DNA from: Planktothrix sp. GU0601_MAG3 | Lineage (GTDB): Bacteria > Cyanobacteriota > Cyanobacteriia > Cyanobacteriales > Microcoleaceae | Assembly (NCBI GenBank): GCA_035193785.1 | Contig: CP136572.1 | Coordinates: 160,001 to 224,000, forward strand | Direction: 5' to 3' | Length of the DNA stretch: 64,000 nucleotides | In this document: one piece after another, positions 46,367 to 59,831 of the stretch | How the letters are laid out: every line of letters starts with the position of its first letter | Numbering within the stretch: the stretch's first letter is position 1 | The notes under the pieces: generated by a model | What the model saw: only the letters and a program-made list of their open reading frames with translations | Told to the model about the DNA's origin: nothing | Database searches by the model: none | Program-made: the position numbers and the translations under genes

Positions 46367-48518
46367 CTACTTCGTTGCCGCAGTCCGGGCTGCCGCAGCT
46401 TCATCGGGGTGAATATTCAGACGGGTCAGATTAATCCGACCTTTGCTGTCAATTTCCCGAACTTTGACAATTACCTCATCCCCCACCGAGACTTCATCCT
46501 CTACCCGAGGGACTCGATAATCGGCTAACTGGGAAATATGAATCATTCCTTCTTTGCCGGGGAGTAATTCCACAAACGCCCCAATTGGAATAATCCGGGT
46601 AATTCGGCCCACATACACATCCCCGGCATTCAGTTTGCGGGTCATGCCTTGAATAATTTGATAGGCGCGGGCCGCATTTTCGCTATCCGTGGAAGCAATT
46701 GTTACCGTGCCATCATCATCAATATCAATCTTGACTCCGGTTTCTTCCGTAATCCCCTTAATGGTTTTCCCACCGGGCCCAATTACCAAACCAATCAAAT
46801 CAGGATCGATTTTCAAGGTTAACAACCGAGGGGCGTAGGGCGATAAATCAGAACGAGGTTTGCCAATCACCTCTAACATTTTTTCCAGGATATGCAGTCG
46901 GGCAGGTTTAGCCTGATAAATGGCATCGGCCACCGTCTTCATCGGCAACCCGGTGATTTTCATATCCATTTGCAGAGCAGTGACTCCGGTATCTGTCCCC
47001 GCTACCTTGAAGTCCATATCTCCTAAAAAGTCCTCGATTCCTTGGATATCAGTGAGAATCCGAACTTCTTCCCCTTCTCTGATTAATCCCATCGCCGCCC
47101 CACTCACGGGTTTAGAAATCGGCACCCCGGCATCCATCAGGGCTAGTGTTGAGCCACAGACCGAACCCATGGAAGTCGAACCATTGGAAGATAAGACCTC
47201 TGAAACCACCCGAATCACATAGGGAAACTGATCCTTAGAAGGTAATACCGGAACTAAGGCCCGTTCCGCTAAAGCTCCATGACCAATTTCCCGACGTCCG
47301 GGCGATCGCATGGGTTTAGTTTCCCCAACCGAATAGGGGGGAAAATTGTAGTGGTGCATATAGCGTTTTTCTTCCTGGGGATGCAAGTCATCCAAATCCT
47401 GGGCATCTCCCGGCGTCCCCAAAGTGGCAATTGATAATACTTGAGTTAAACCGCGATTAAACAAACCACTGCCATGTACCCGTTTCGGTAAACAACTGAC
47501 CTTACAGGATACCGGACGCACCTGATCCAAGCTGCGACCATCAACCCGCACGCTATCTTGAACAATTTGCTGACGCATCAAGGTCTTGGTGATGTCCTTG
47601 AAAATCTGACTCACCAATTTAGAATCCTCCGTTACCGCCACCCGGATCGGATCATCTTCAGATAAGGCTTCAATGGGAGCAAGCACTTCCTGTTCCTTAA
47701 TTTGATCCAAGTTGGCATCCCGGGCGGTTTTATCCAGGTCATGTTGCTGGAGAACCTGTTTAACTGGGAGAGTCACGCGATCGCGGACAAACTGGATTAA
47801 CCCCAGATTGCCTTCCGGTGGTAACCCTGGGTTCAATTCAATCCCTAAGTCCCGCATTAATTCTTCTTGGGCCTTGATTAAATCACAAACCGCTTCATAA
47901 CCAAAGTCGATCGCTTCGATAATATCCTGTTCCGGTAGTTGGTTCGCCCCCGCTTCCACCATCACCACGCCATCGGGGGAACCAGCCACGACTAAATCCA
48001 AATCCCCATTTTTCACTTCTCGGTAAGTCGGGTTAATAATAAAGTCATCTCCGACTAACCCCACCCGTACCGCAGCCATGGGCCCAAAAAAGGGAATTCT
48101 TGCCAAAATCACTGCTACAGAAGCACCCGTCACCGCTAATACATCCGGGGGTACTTGTTCATCCATCGACAGGGTTGTGGCCACAACCTGAATATCATCC
48201 CGCAACCAATGGGGAATCAGAGGACGCAAAGGACGGTCAATTAAACGACTGGTTAAGGTAACGCGATCGGGTGGACGACCTTCCCGACGTAAGAATCCCC
48301 CTGGAATTCTTCCCCCCGCGTACAGTCGCTCCTCGTAGTCCACCAACAAGGGCAGAAAGTCCAATCCGGGTCTACCTTCGGCGCGAGTCGCAGTTACTAG
48401 AAACTGATGTATCTCCAGACTCGATTAACACGGCTCCACCTGCCTGTGGCGCAAGTAAACCTATTTTGAGTCGAATATCCCGTCCATCAAAGGATATCGA
48501 CTTAATGATCTCTTCCAT
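46367..48518 (-). CDS. pnp: Polyribonucleotide nucleotidyltransferase; apparent frameshift at ~48401
   Basis: [23 protein letters not shown] and GDMDFKVAG motifs, plus KH and S1 domains. Confidence 0.97.
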
Positions 48519-49023
48519 GTATTTTATCTTCCTTCTTCTTCCACTATTCTCTCTCTGTCGCCATCGTAACACGGTGATGAGTATGGGTAGGGAGTGTATA
48601 AACACTCGCAATCAACCCTTAGTCATTAACAGTTAACAGTCTTCTAGCCACGCTTTCACAAGCAACAGAGGGAGTTTTAAAGTTGGACTGAGGTTTCTCG
48701 GTCTTCAATCCTATCCTACCTCACCGATTGAGGTTGATTTTAACTGAATCCCTGTGTTTTGGAAACCTGAGTTCCGTTCTTCATTATAGTTGCTGACCAT
48801 CTCAATGAAATAATTCTGCTCTGCAAATATCGGTTCGATAGGACTCCTGACAAAATAACCCCCGTTTTTCCTGTAACCTTAACGGAATATAATTTCAGTA
48901 GGAATAGAATTGACAGCCTAACACTAAGGTGCGATCGCTCAATTGGCGGTGAGTCTTAGGAAATTGGTATTTTTTGGAGAAGAATAGTAAGGGCAATCGG
49001 CTTCAATAATCAATAATACAATC

Positions 49024-50413
49024 ATGAAAATTAAAGTCAAAAATCTTGGGGTTTTAAAACAAGCTGAATTCACTTTGGGAGACCTAACAATCTTATCTGG
49101 CTGTAATAATACGGGCAAGACCTATGCCACCTATGCGTTATTTGGTTTTTTGTCTATTTGGCAACGGATGTTTTCCATTGAAATCAGTGATGACAAGATT
49201 GATCAACTCCTCGCTGATGGGGTGATTCATCTTGATATACAAGAATATGTTAAACAGTCTGAGCAGATTATTATTAAAGCTTGTCAAGAATATACTCAAC
49301 AATTACCTAAGATTTTTGCAACATCAACTGAACGTTTTAAAAAAACCGAGTTTCAAGTAGAAATCGATATCAATGATATTAAGTTAATAGACAAATTTGA
49401 ACTAACCATCGGATCTACAAATATCGAAATATTTTCAATAATTAAACCTAAAGATAATAACACAGAATTAATTGTTACTTTATTAGTTGACAAAGAAAAT
49501 ATAAAAATTCCTATTGATATTGTGAAACGTCCTATTGCTGATGCTTTGAAAGAGATTATTTTTTCTCCGCTTTTTCCTCGCCCTTTCATTGCCAGTGCAG
49601 AGCGAACAGGTGTTGCTATTTTTCGTAAAGAGTTAATTTTTGCCCGGAGTCGCTTGCTTGGAGAAATGACCCAAACTGCTAATAATATTGATCTAATGGA
49701 GCTTTTATTCAAAGTTTATGACGATTACGCTCTACCAATTAAGAAGAATGTAGATTTTATCGAGAAACTTGAAACCCTTTTCAAAAAAAGTAGTTTCATT
49801 GCCGAGAATTACCCAGATATATTAGTCGATTTTGCTAATATTATTGGGGGTGAGTATACCGTTACCCAAAACGACGAACTTTACTATGTACCCAAAGGTA
49901 AACGAATTAAACTTTCAATGGATGAAAGTTCTAGTGCGGTTCGTTTCTCTATTAGATATTGGTTTTTACCTGCGACATGAAGCGCAACCGGGTGATTTAC
50001 TGATTGTAGACGAACCTGAACTCAATTTACACCCGGAAAATCAGCGCCGTGTTGCCCGACTTTTCGCTCGATTAGTTAATCTTGGAATTAAGGTTTTTAT
50101 CACGACCCACAGTGATTATATTGTTAAAGAATTGAATACCTTAATCATGCTTAACCATGATAAACTTCATCTCAAACGAATTGCGGAGCAAGAAGGTTAT
50201 CGACCCGAAGAACTAATTTCTTATGATCAAATAAAAGTCTATATTGCAGAAGAAGCACTTATAAAACTAGATGGGAGTAAGAAAAAAACAAAATGCCAAA
50301 CTCTAACACCCGCAGATATTAACCCAGAACTTGGGATTGAAGCTCGAAGTTTTGATCCAACAATTGAAACCATGAATCGAATTCAAGAAGCAATTGTCTG
50401 GGGTGCGGAGTAA
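49024..50413 (+). CDS. ABC-type (AAA_15/AbiEii-like) ATPase; apparent frameshift at ~49946
   Basis: Walker A GCNNTGKT, A(S)AER Q-loop, SSSAV signature, LIVDEPELNLHP and ITTHS motifs. Confidence 0.88.
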
Positions 50414-50961
50414 TGTCTGATATTGCTATTTTGAAAGAGATGATTAAAGAAACTGCTACAGTAGCATTAGAAGATCACTACAACAAAAAGAAAGTTATAC
50501 TCAGAGAACCTCCACCTGCAAACTATTCAGTCACAATTCATGGAATGCCTAATGATGATGAGGTCATTATTATCAAAACAGATACTTTTAGCTCACCTAA
50601 TCAAGTTTTTCAAGGAAATAACGGTGAATGTAAGCGTGCAGATTTTGTTATTATTGCTAATACTGAAACCCAAAAAGTTATTGTCTATATTGAGATGAAA
50701 GCAGGAAAAGGAGGATTGGAAAAAGAAATTATCCAACAGCTTAAAGGAACGCAGTGTTTTATTGCTTATTGTCGGGAAATTGGTCAGTTATTTTGGAATA
50801 ATCCAAATTTCCTCAAAGATTATGAGTATCGTTTTATTAGTATTAAGAATATTAGTGTTTCTAAGAAACCATCACGGACTAAAACAGCTATTCATGATCG
50901 TCCAGAGCAAATTCTGAAAATTAGTTCCCCGAAACACCTTGAATTTGATAAGTTGCTATAA
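50413..50961 (+). CDS. Hypothetical protein with a PD-(D/E)XK-like motif
   Basis: CKRADFVII...IVYIEMK...QQL. The stop and start overlap (TAATG) with the ATPase. Confidence 0.65.
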   Translation: MSDIAILKEMIKETATVALEDHYNKKKVILREPPPANYSVTIHGMPNDDEVIIIKTDTFSSPNQVFQGNNGECKRADFVIIANTETQKVIVYIEMKAGKGGLEKEIIQQLKGTQCFIAYCREIGQLFWNNPNFLKDYEYRFISIKNISVSKKPSRTKTAIHDRPEQILKISSPKHLEFDKLL

Positions 50962-51093
50962 AAATAATATCCTGAAATACTTCTCAAAATTCTTCCATAG
51001 TTTTGATTCTTAATTAAATCTCTAATTTTTAAATTCCGTTTTAATGAATCAAGACAGAATATAATCAATACAGCACAGTTACAGGTTGACTAA

Positions 51094-54000
51094 ATGGCAA
51101 TTTTACATGGAAGTTGGTGCATGAAGTCCAAGGGGTCTTTTTTCCTCTGGGGAGAAACCTGGCGGCGAGTCCCGTCGGAGTCCCTTTATTCAGAATCAAT
51201 TTTCCCCTATCCCTTTGCTTTAAATGATACAGAATTATTGACCCAACCCTTATTAAAAAATATTGGGTTATCAAATATTATATCCCAAGAAATTATAGCG
51301 TTACCAACAGATATTTCTGAATCTGGAGACCTGACTCCGATTTATTCTGCTACAACTAATATTCCTAAATCCTATCTTTATCCTTGGCAAATTACGGGAA
51401 TTTGTCTTAACCCCCAACAGGCGTTTGAATTTTTACAATCCCTACCCTTAAATACTGTTATCACATCTGATTCCGACCTGGGGGAAGATCTGCGTTTTTG
51501 GTCACATATTGCCCGTTGGAGTTTGGATTTATTAGCCCGATCTAAATTTTTACCCGGATTAATTAAACAATCTGATCAAACTATTATATCCCAATGGCAA
51601 CCGCTTCTTGATAGTGCGATTGATCAAGCTAGATTATTACGTTTTGCCCAACAAATGCCAACGGTTTGTCGAGTGTATCAGGAGTTAATAGAGGGTGATA
51701 GTTTAGCGATTAATTTACCCCTTTCTGCTGAGGATATTATTATTAATTTTTTATCGATAATGATTGATCAACAGGTGAGAAATATAGCTAAGGAAGTTAA
51801 TCAAAAAGCGATTATATCAATTCCAATTTGGCAAAAATGGTTAAAGAGTTTAGGAGAAAAAGAAAATATTATTCATGCCGAATTAACAGAAATCGAATCC
51901 TTAGAAACCACTTTAAAAAATTGGACTTCCCCCCTACAATATTCTTTATCTGAACCTAATCTATTTACGACGGCTTTTCATTTACATCCTCCCACAGAAT
52001 ATAATCCTAATTGGCAATTAGAATATTGTCTCCAAGCTATTGATCAACCTGAATTTATTGTTAATTCTAATATTGTTTGGAATCATCCCGTTGACTCCTT
52101 TAATTATCGAGGGAGAAACCATTAAACATCCCCAGGAAACCCTGTTAAAAGGCTTGGGACTGGCTTCAAAATTATATCCGGTGATTGAAACCAGTTTACA
52201 GCAAGCACGCCCCCAAAGCTGTAGTTTAAATCCTTTACAAGCTTATCAATTTTTGAAAAGCTATGCTTGGCGTTTTACTGATAGTGGTTTAGGGGTAATA
52301 TTACCTCCGAGTTTAGCAAATCGAGAGGGATGGGCGAGTCGATTGGGATTAAGTATTAAAGCAGAAACGCCTAAATTAAAAACTAATGAAAGATTAGGAT
52401 TAAAAAGTTTATTAAACTTTAAATGGCAATTATCAATTGGTGGTCAAACCATGACTAAGGCGGAATTTGATCGCTTAGTTGCTAAGGAAAGTCCGTTAGT
52501 AGAAATTAATGGGGAATGGGTGGAGTTACGGGAATCTGATATTAGGTCAGCAAAGATATTTTTTAGTCAACGAAAAGATGAAATGACGCTTTCCTTAGAA
52601 GATGCTTTAAGGTTATCAACGGGAGATACTCAAATGATTGAAAAATTACCAGTTGTTAACTTTGAAGCGGGCGGAAAATTACAGGAATTATTGAATACTT
52701 TAACCAATAATCGTAACTTAGAACCAATTCCGAATCCTCAAGATTTCAAAGGGGAATTACGACCCTATCAAGCTAGGGGTGCAGGTTGGTTATCTTTCCT
52801 AGAACAATGGGGTTTAGGAGCTTGTTTAGCTGATGATATGGGATTGGGAAAAACCATAGAATTTATTGCTTTTTTACTGCATTTAAAAGAACAAAATAGT
52901 TTAGAAAATCCGGTTTTATTGGTTTGTCCAACATCGGTTTTAGGTAATTGGGAACGGGAGGTTAAAAAGTTCAGTCCCACCCTAAAAGTTATGGTTCATC
53001 ATGGGGACAAACGCGCCAAAGGTAAAAATTTTGCTAAAATAATTCAAGATAAAAATTTAGTGATTACCAGTTATCCCCTAACCTTCCGAGACGAGAAAGA
53101 ATTGCAAGGGGTAACTTGGCAAGGATTGGTATTAGATGAAGCTCAAAACATTAAAAATCCCGATGCTAAACAATCAAAAACCGTTAGAAATATTAACGCA
53201 TCGTTTAAAATAGCATTAACAGGAACTCCGGTAGAAAATCGCCTCTCGGAATTGTGGTCAATTATGGATTTCTTGAATCCAGGATATTTAGGACAACGGC
53301 TATTTTTTCAACGACGGTTTGCAATTCCCATTGAAAAATATGGGGATACGGACTCTTTAAAGATTTTGCGATCGCTCGTTCAACCCTTTATTTTACGTCG
53401 GTTAAAAACCGATAAAGATATTATTCAAGATCTACCCGAAAAACAGGAAAATATAGTCTTTTGTCCTTTAACAAATGAACAAGCAACTCTCTATCAAAAA
53501 ATTGTCGATGACTCCTTAGCAAAAATTGATGATGCGGAAGGAATTCAACGCCGAGGAATGATTTTAGCTTTATTAGTGAAACTGAAACAAATTTGTAATC
53601 ATCCGGTTTTAATCGAAGCTAAAGTTAAAAATAGTAAAAATTCGGAATTAATTAAAATTCAATATTCCGGTAAATTACAACGTTTAACGGAAATGTTAGA
53701 TGAGGTTTTAGCAGAAGGCGATCACGCTTTAATTTTTACTCAATTTGCTGAATGGGGAAAGGTATTACAACCCTATTTAGAACATTATTTCAAGCGAGAA
53801 ATATTATTTTTATATGGGAGTACCTCAAAAAATAAACGAGAAGAAATGATCGATCGCTTTCAAAATGATCCCCAAGCTCCTCCAATTATGATATTATCGT
53901 TAAAAGCCGGAGGAGTAGGATTAAATTTAACCCGGGCAAATCATGTTTTTCACTTTGACCGATGGTGGAACCCCGCAGTGGAAAATCAAGCGACAGATCG

Positions 54001-54223
54001 AGTTTTTAGAATTGGTCAAACCCGCAATGTACAAGTACATAAATTTGTTTGTACAGGAACATTAGAGGAAAAAATCCATGATTTAATTGAAAGTAAAAAA
54101 GCCTTAGCGGAACAGGTTGTTAGTGCGGGAGAAGATTGGTTAACAAATTTAGATACCGATCAACTCAGAGATCTATTAATATTAGATCGGAACTCAATTA
54201 TTGAAGAAGAAACCCCATTATAG
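51094..54223 (+). CDS. SNF2-family helicase/ATPase; apparent frameshift at ~52116
   Basis: LADDMGLGKT, LDEAQ, LTGTPVEN, GLNLT and QATDRVFRIGQ motifs. Confidence 0.94.
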
Positions 54224-54305
54224 CCCCGTTGTTGCGCTTCAGCGCATCTTATCTTATCTTATAATAATTATGTGCGCTAAACACAACAACGGGAAGGAGG
54301 ATAAA

Positions 54306-55133
54306 ATGAGTCAGGAATGGTGGTCACAACAATGGTTAGATTTATTAGACAAATATCGGTTTAAAAAACGCTTGGAACGAGCCAGAAACTATGCTAGAGA
54401 AGGTAACGTTTTAAATATTGAATTTAAAGATCAAAAAGTTTTGGCACAGGTTCATGGGACTCAAATCGAACCTTATACTGTTTCCTTGTGGTTGGATATA
54501 TTTAGTGAAGAAGAATGGAATTATATTATCGCCACCCTATCACAACGGGCGATTTTTAGTGCTAAATTATTAGCTGGAGAAATGCCCCAGGATATTGAGG
54601 ATGTATTTGCCGCCAATGGGTTAAGATTATTTCCTTTTTCCCTAGATAATGTTCATTCTGAATGTAGTTGTCCAGATCAAGCTAATCCCTGTAAACATAT
54701 TGCCGCAGTTTATTATATGTTAGGCGATCGCTTTAGTGAAGATCCTTTTGTTCTATTTCAACTTAGGGGAAAAAATGCCGAACAAATTATTAATGCTTTG
54801 CGACAGTTACGAGGTCAAAGTAAAGATGAAATTAATGCTGCTACCTCGGAAGAAATAACGATAAAATTCAACAACCCTAATTCATTAAAAATCGATCAAT
54901 TTTGGAATTACTCTCAACAGCTAGATTCGGGTTTAGTTGTAATTACACCGCCTCCGAGTAGTGAAACGGTACTGGATATTTTAGGGGCAATAACCTTAAC
55001 CACAATTGGGATTAAGTCTACAAATCGTGCTACATTATCCGACACAGATATTGTAATGCAATATTTAGAAACAGTCTACAAAAATGTCAGCCAGCAAGCG
55101 GTTTTAGTGGCACTTAATCGAGAAGAAAATTAA
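54306..55133 (+). CDS. SWIM zinc-finger protein
   Basis: CSCPD..NPCKH motif; usual partner of this SNF2 family. Confidence 0.9.
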   Translation: MSQEWWSQQWLDLLDKYRFKKRLERARNYAREGNVLNIEFKDQKVLAQVHGTQIEPYTVSLWLDIFSEEEWNYIIATLSQRAIFSAKLLAGEMPQDIEDVFAANGLRLFPFSLDNVHSECSCPDQANPCKHIAAVYYMLGDRFSEDPFVLFQLRGKNAEQIINALRQLRGQSKDEINAATSEEITIKFNNPNSLKIDQFWNYSQQLDSGLVVITPPPSSETVLDILGAITLTTIGIKSTNRATLSDTDIVMQYLETVYKNVSQQAVLVALNREEN

Positions 55134-55273
55134 TTAATTAATCAACAAAATCGGGTAATTTGGTGTCTGGTATGTTAAAAACAAGATCAGGTAGGTGATC
55201 ATATTCATCAAGATTGTCAACCTCTAATGTAAAAATGAGAAGTGTAGCCTTGCGTTAGGGATGGTTTAGAATC

Positions 55274-56591
55274 GTGGTTTTTAAAATTGGCTTATTAGGA
55301 CTGGGAAACAGTTGCCACCGGAGTGGTTGAAATTCTGTCCAACCCGGAGGGTCGTCATCCGTTGTTATCGGAGTTAAGTTTGCATCGGGTGGGGGTGCGA
55401 TCGCTTTCTAAACCCCGCAGTGTCAATATACCGGAATATATGCTGACAACGGATTTAGAAGCAATTGTCATTGATCCGGCCGTTGATATTGTGGTGGAAT
55501 TAATTGGCGGTTTGGAACCGGCGCGATCGCTGATTTTACAAGCGATTGAAAATGGCAAACATATTGTCACCGCCAATAAAGCCGTAATTTCCCGTTATGG
55601 GAGTGAAATTTTTGATGCGGCGAATAAAAAAGGGGTTTATGTGATGTTGGAAGCCACCGTCGGGGGCGGAATTCCGGTGATTCAACCCTTAAAACAATCC
55701 TTGGGTGCGAATCGAATTCAAACAGTCACCGGAATTATTAATGGCACAACTAACTATATTTTGACCCGGATGAAAAATGAGGGGGCAGATTTCTCTGAAG
55801 TCTTAGCGGATGCTCAACGGTTAGGATATGCAGAAGCTGACCCCACCGCCGATATTGATGGCTTAGATGCGGGAGATAAAATTGCGATTCTGGCATCTTT
55901 AGCTTTTGGGGGCAGAATTAAGTTAGAACAGGTTTATTGTGAAGGAATTAGAAAGGTGACGGCGACGGATATCGCCTATGCGGAAAAATTGGGATTTGTG
56001 ATTAAGTTATTAGCGATCGCAGCCCGCAATCCCCAAGCGACTCCCGAACGGGATTTATTATCAGTTCGAGTTCATCCGACTTTAGTTCCATTTTCCCATC
56101 CGTTAGCCAGTATTAATGATGTTTATAATGCCATTTTAGTTGAAGGAGAACCGATTGGACAGGTGATGTTTTTTGGCAGGGGAGCCGGATCTGGGCCGAC
56201 GGCGAGTGCTGTGGTTTCTGATATGTTGAATATTGTGGCTGTTTTACAAATGCAAGAAGCAGAAGTTGTTAATCCGATTGTTCCCCATGAAATGATGAGT
56301 TGTACCCATCAACATTACTGTAAAATTGCGCCGATGGAGGATTTAGTTACCCGTTTTTATACTCGGTTTCTCACCAAGGATTCTCCCGGGGTAATTGGCA
56401 AATTAGGCACTTGTTTTGGTCAGCATCAGGTTAGTATAGAATCGATTGTACAAACGGGATTCCATGAGAATTTAGCAGAAATTGTTGTAGTTACCCATGA
56501 TGTTTTGGAGGGTAATTTTAATCAGGCTTTAAGTGAAATTAAAAGTTTAGATGAAATTGACAGTATTCCCAGTATTTTAAGGGTACTGTAA
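55274..56591 (+). CDS. hom: Homoserine dehydrogenase with ACT domain; GTG start, apparent frameshift at ~55306
   Basis: Repaired KIGLLGLGTV, plus VTANK, NGTTNYIL, GYAEADP and GRGAG motifs. Confidence 0.93.
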
Positions 56592-56592
56592 A

Positions 56593-56825
56593 TCAGTTAT
56601 CAGTAAACAGTTATCAGTTATCAGTGTAAGATTTATTAGTTATCAGTGCAAAATTTATTAGTTATCAGTTGACAGTAAAGAGTTCATTGTTAATATTTGT
56701 GGACTAAAAACAGTTAACTGGTAGGGGCGGGTTCTTTTAGATCTTTGCTAATCACTGCGCATCTTGATGAACCCGCCCCTACAACAGATGACTGTTAACT
56801 GATGACCGATGACTGATGACTGATT
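56593..56825. repeat. (CAGTTAT)n-type heptamer repeats flanking a GTAG REP-like palindrome at 56721-56782
   Basis: GTAGGGGCGGGTTC ... GAACCCGCCCCTAC inverted repeat. Confidence 0.8.
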
Positions 56826-56880
56826 CCGTAGGTTATGATAGATATATTCATATTTCTTAATTTTTGTTTACAAAACCCCG

Positions 56881-58243
56881 ATGACTGCAACAAGCATTGC
56901 CAAAACCAAGCAATTCTTTAAGAAAACCATATTTTTTGACAACGAGCCAACCCCAGAAACTGATAGCCATTTTGCTGGTGTACTTTGTCCAGGGAATTTT
57001 AGGACTGGCCCGTTTGGGGGTGAGTTTTTTCCTCAAGGATGAACTGGGAATGAGCCCGGCGCAAGTGTCAATATTACTGGGAATTGTGGCGATTCCCTGG
57101 ATTATTAAACCCCTATTTGGCTTTATTTCCGACGGTCTACCGATTTTTGGTTATCGTCGCCGTCCCTATCTAATTCTCTCAGGATTGTTAGGAACCCTAT
57201 CCTGGGTCGCCATGGCCACAATTGTTCATACTCCTTTAGCCGCTACGGGGGCGATTGCCTTGAGTTCCCTTTCCGTGGCCATTGGCGATGTAATTGTCGA
57301 TTCCTTAGTGGTTGAAAGAGCCCGTCACGAATCAATTAATAATATTGGTTCGCTGCAATCAGCTTCCTGGGGAGCTTCGGCCATAGGTGGATTAATTACA
57401 GCCTATTTAGGGGGGTTTTTATTAGAGAAATTTCCCCCCCAAACCATATTTTTAATTACAGCAACTTTTCCCTTAATTACTTCCATAGTGGCGGGATTAA
57501 TTGCAGAGGAATTTCAGGGTCAACCTTCTAATTGGCAAACGGTCAAATCTCAAATTAAAAATCTGCGCCAAGCCATTACTCAAAAATCAATCTGGTTGCC
57601 CACGGCCTTTATTTTTCTTTGGCAAGCCACACCCACGGCTGATTCGGCATTTTTCTTTTTTACCACTAATGAATTAGGATTTCAACCGGAATTTTTAGGG
57701 CGAGTTCGTTTGGTAACTAGCTTGGCATCCTTACTGGGAATTTGGCTATTTCAAAGATTTTTCAAGTCCCTTCCCTTTCGGACAATCTTTTTTTGGTCAA
57801 CAATTATTTCCACCCTATTAGGGATGACGATGTTAATATTAGTCACCCACACTAACCGAACCCTAGGAATTGATGATCATTGGTTTAGTTTGGGGGATAG
57901 TTTAATTCTAACTGTGATGGGACAAGTTGCCTATATGCCTGTTTTAATATTAGCGGCTCGCCTCTGTCCTCCTGGGGTAGAAGCCACATTATTTGCCCTA
58001 TTAATGTCAGTTTCTAATTTAGCGGGTTTAATTTCCCATCAATTAGGGGGTGTCCTCACCTATTGGTTAGGAATTACCGAAACCAATTTTGACCAATTAT
58101 GGTTACTGGTGATGATTACTAACCTCAGTACCTTATTACCGATTCCCTTAATTAATTGGTTGCCAAATAGTGGTGCAGAAATGAAACCCCCAACGGTCAG
58201 CATTGAAACCTCAGAACTTGATCAATTAACCGTAAATCCTTAA
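56881..58243 (+). CDS. Folate/biopterin (BT1) MFS transporter; apparent frameshift at ~56957
   Basis: Repaired N-terminus FFDNEPTPELIAILLVYFVQG, plus PWIIKPLFG..SD..PIFGYRRRPY and LCPPGVEATLFA. Confidence 0.9.
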
Positions 58244-58253
58244 TTAAAAGACA

Positions 58254-59730
58254 ATGAAAAATACAATTTCTCAGCCAGCAAATCCCTTGTCCTACAGTAT
58301 CAAAGATTGGGCGAAAGGATATCTTTCTCAACCGAATGAATACGACTATTGGATTGAAGATATTGAAGGAGAAATTCCGACGGAACTAGAAGGAAACCCT
58401 CTATCGCAACGGCCCAGGTTTATTAGATATTAATGGACAAAGTTTTCGTCATCCCTTCGATGGCGATGGCATGATTTCTGCGATTCGCTTTACTAAAGGT
58501 ACGGCCCACTATTGTAACAAATTTGTCAAAACTCAAGGTTATTTAGACGAACAAAAAGCCGGAAAAATTCTCTATCGGGGGGTGTTTGGAACCCAAAAAT
58601 CTGGCGGATGGTTAGCAAATTTTATGGATTTAAAAATCAAAAATATTGCTAATACAAATGTTATTTCTTGGGCGGGAAAACTATTAGCATTATGGGAAGC
58701 AGCCCAACCCTATCGTCTGGATGAAAATACTTTAGAAACCATTGGAATTGATAATTTAGAGGGGATTTTAGAACCCGGAGATGCCTTTTCCGCCCATCCT
58801 CGAATTGATCCTAATTGTGAATGGCATGGCGGTGAACCCTGTTTAGTCAATTTTTCGATTAAACCAATGTTATCAACTACCATTACAATTTATGAAATTT
58901 CTACCCAAGGAAAGTTACTGAGAAAACAGCTTCATTCTGTGCCTGGATTTGCCTTTATTCACGATTTTGCTATTACTCCTAATTATTGTATTTTCTTCCA
59001 AAATCCAGTGCAGTTTAATCCCATTCCCTATTTATTGGGATTATCGGGGGCGGGAGAATGTATTAACTTTCAAACCCAAAAACCGACTAAAATTATTGTC
59101 ATTCCCCGGGATAAAAAGGGTGAAGGTGAAGTTAAATATTTTGAAATGCCCTTGGGATTTGTGTTTCATCATGCCAACGCCTACGAACAAGATGATACTC
59201 TATTTGTGGATTCTATTTGTTATCAATCCCTATCCCAAATTCGCCCCAATGAAGATTATCGAGAGACGGATTTTAGTACATTAGACCCCGGACAATTATG
59301 GCGTTTTTCCTTGGGTTTGACTACGGGAAAAATAGAGCGTCAACTGATTGAATCTCGCTGTTGTGAATTCCCATCTCTCCACCCAAATTATGTTGGTAGA
59401 CCCTATCGTTATTTATATTTAGGTGCCGGCCACGATGCCGAAGGAAATGCCCCCCTACAGGCGATTTTGAAAGTGGATTTAAAAACAAATCAGCGTCAAT
59501 TATGGAGTGCAGCCCCGACAGGATTTGTCAGTGAGCCCATATTTGTACCGAGGAAAAATGCGATCGCCGAGGATGATGGATGGGTGTTAACCGTGGTGTA
59601 TAATTCTGAAAATCATCGTTCCGAGATTGTCATTTTGGATGGTGGTGATTTGGGGAAAGGTGCCATCACTCGATTATACTTAAAACATCATATTCCCTAC
59701 GGTTTACATGGAACCTTCGTGCCTTTTTGA
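58254..59730 (+). CDS. Carotenoid/apocarotenoid cleavage oxygenase (RPE65 family); apparent frameshift at ~58394
   Basis: EGTLYRNGPG, HPFDGDG, SAHP, FIHDF, FHHANA, EDDGW and GLHG motifs. Confidence 0.92.
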
Positions 59731-59831
59731 AGTTCACCCTCTAATGATCCTACTAACGTTAAGATGGCTGATTCCCTCGATATGTTAGGGTAGGAGTACA
59801 GCATGAGCAGACTTTCCAGTGAGGCAGTCCG

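Noticed and set aside
42340..48636. Numerous short antisense or alternate-frame ORFs within the RTX gene and pnp
   Set aside because: They are shadows of long, well-supported coding frames.
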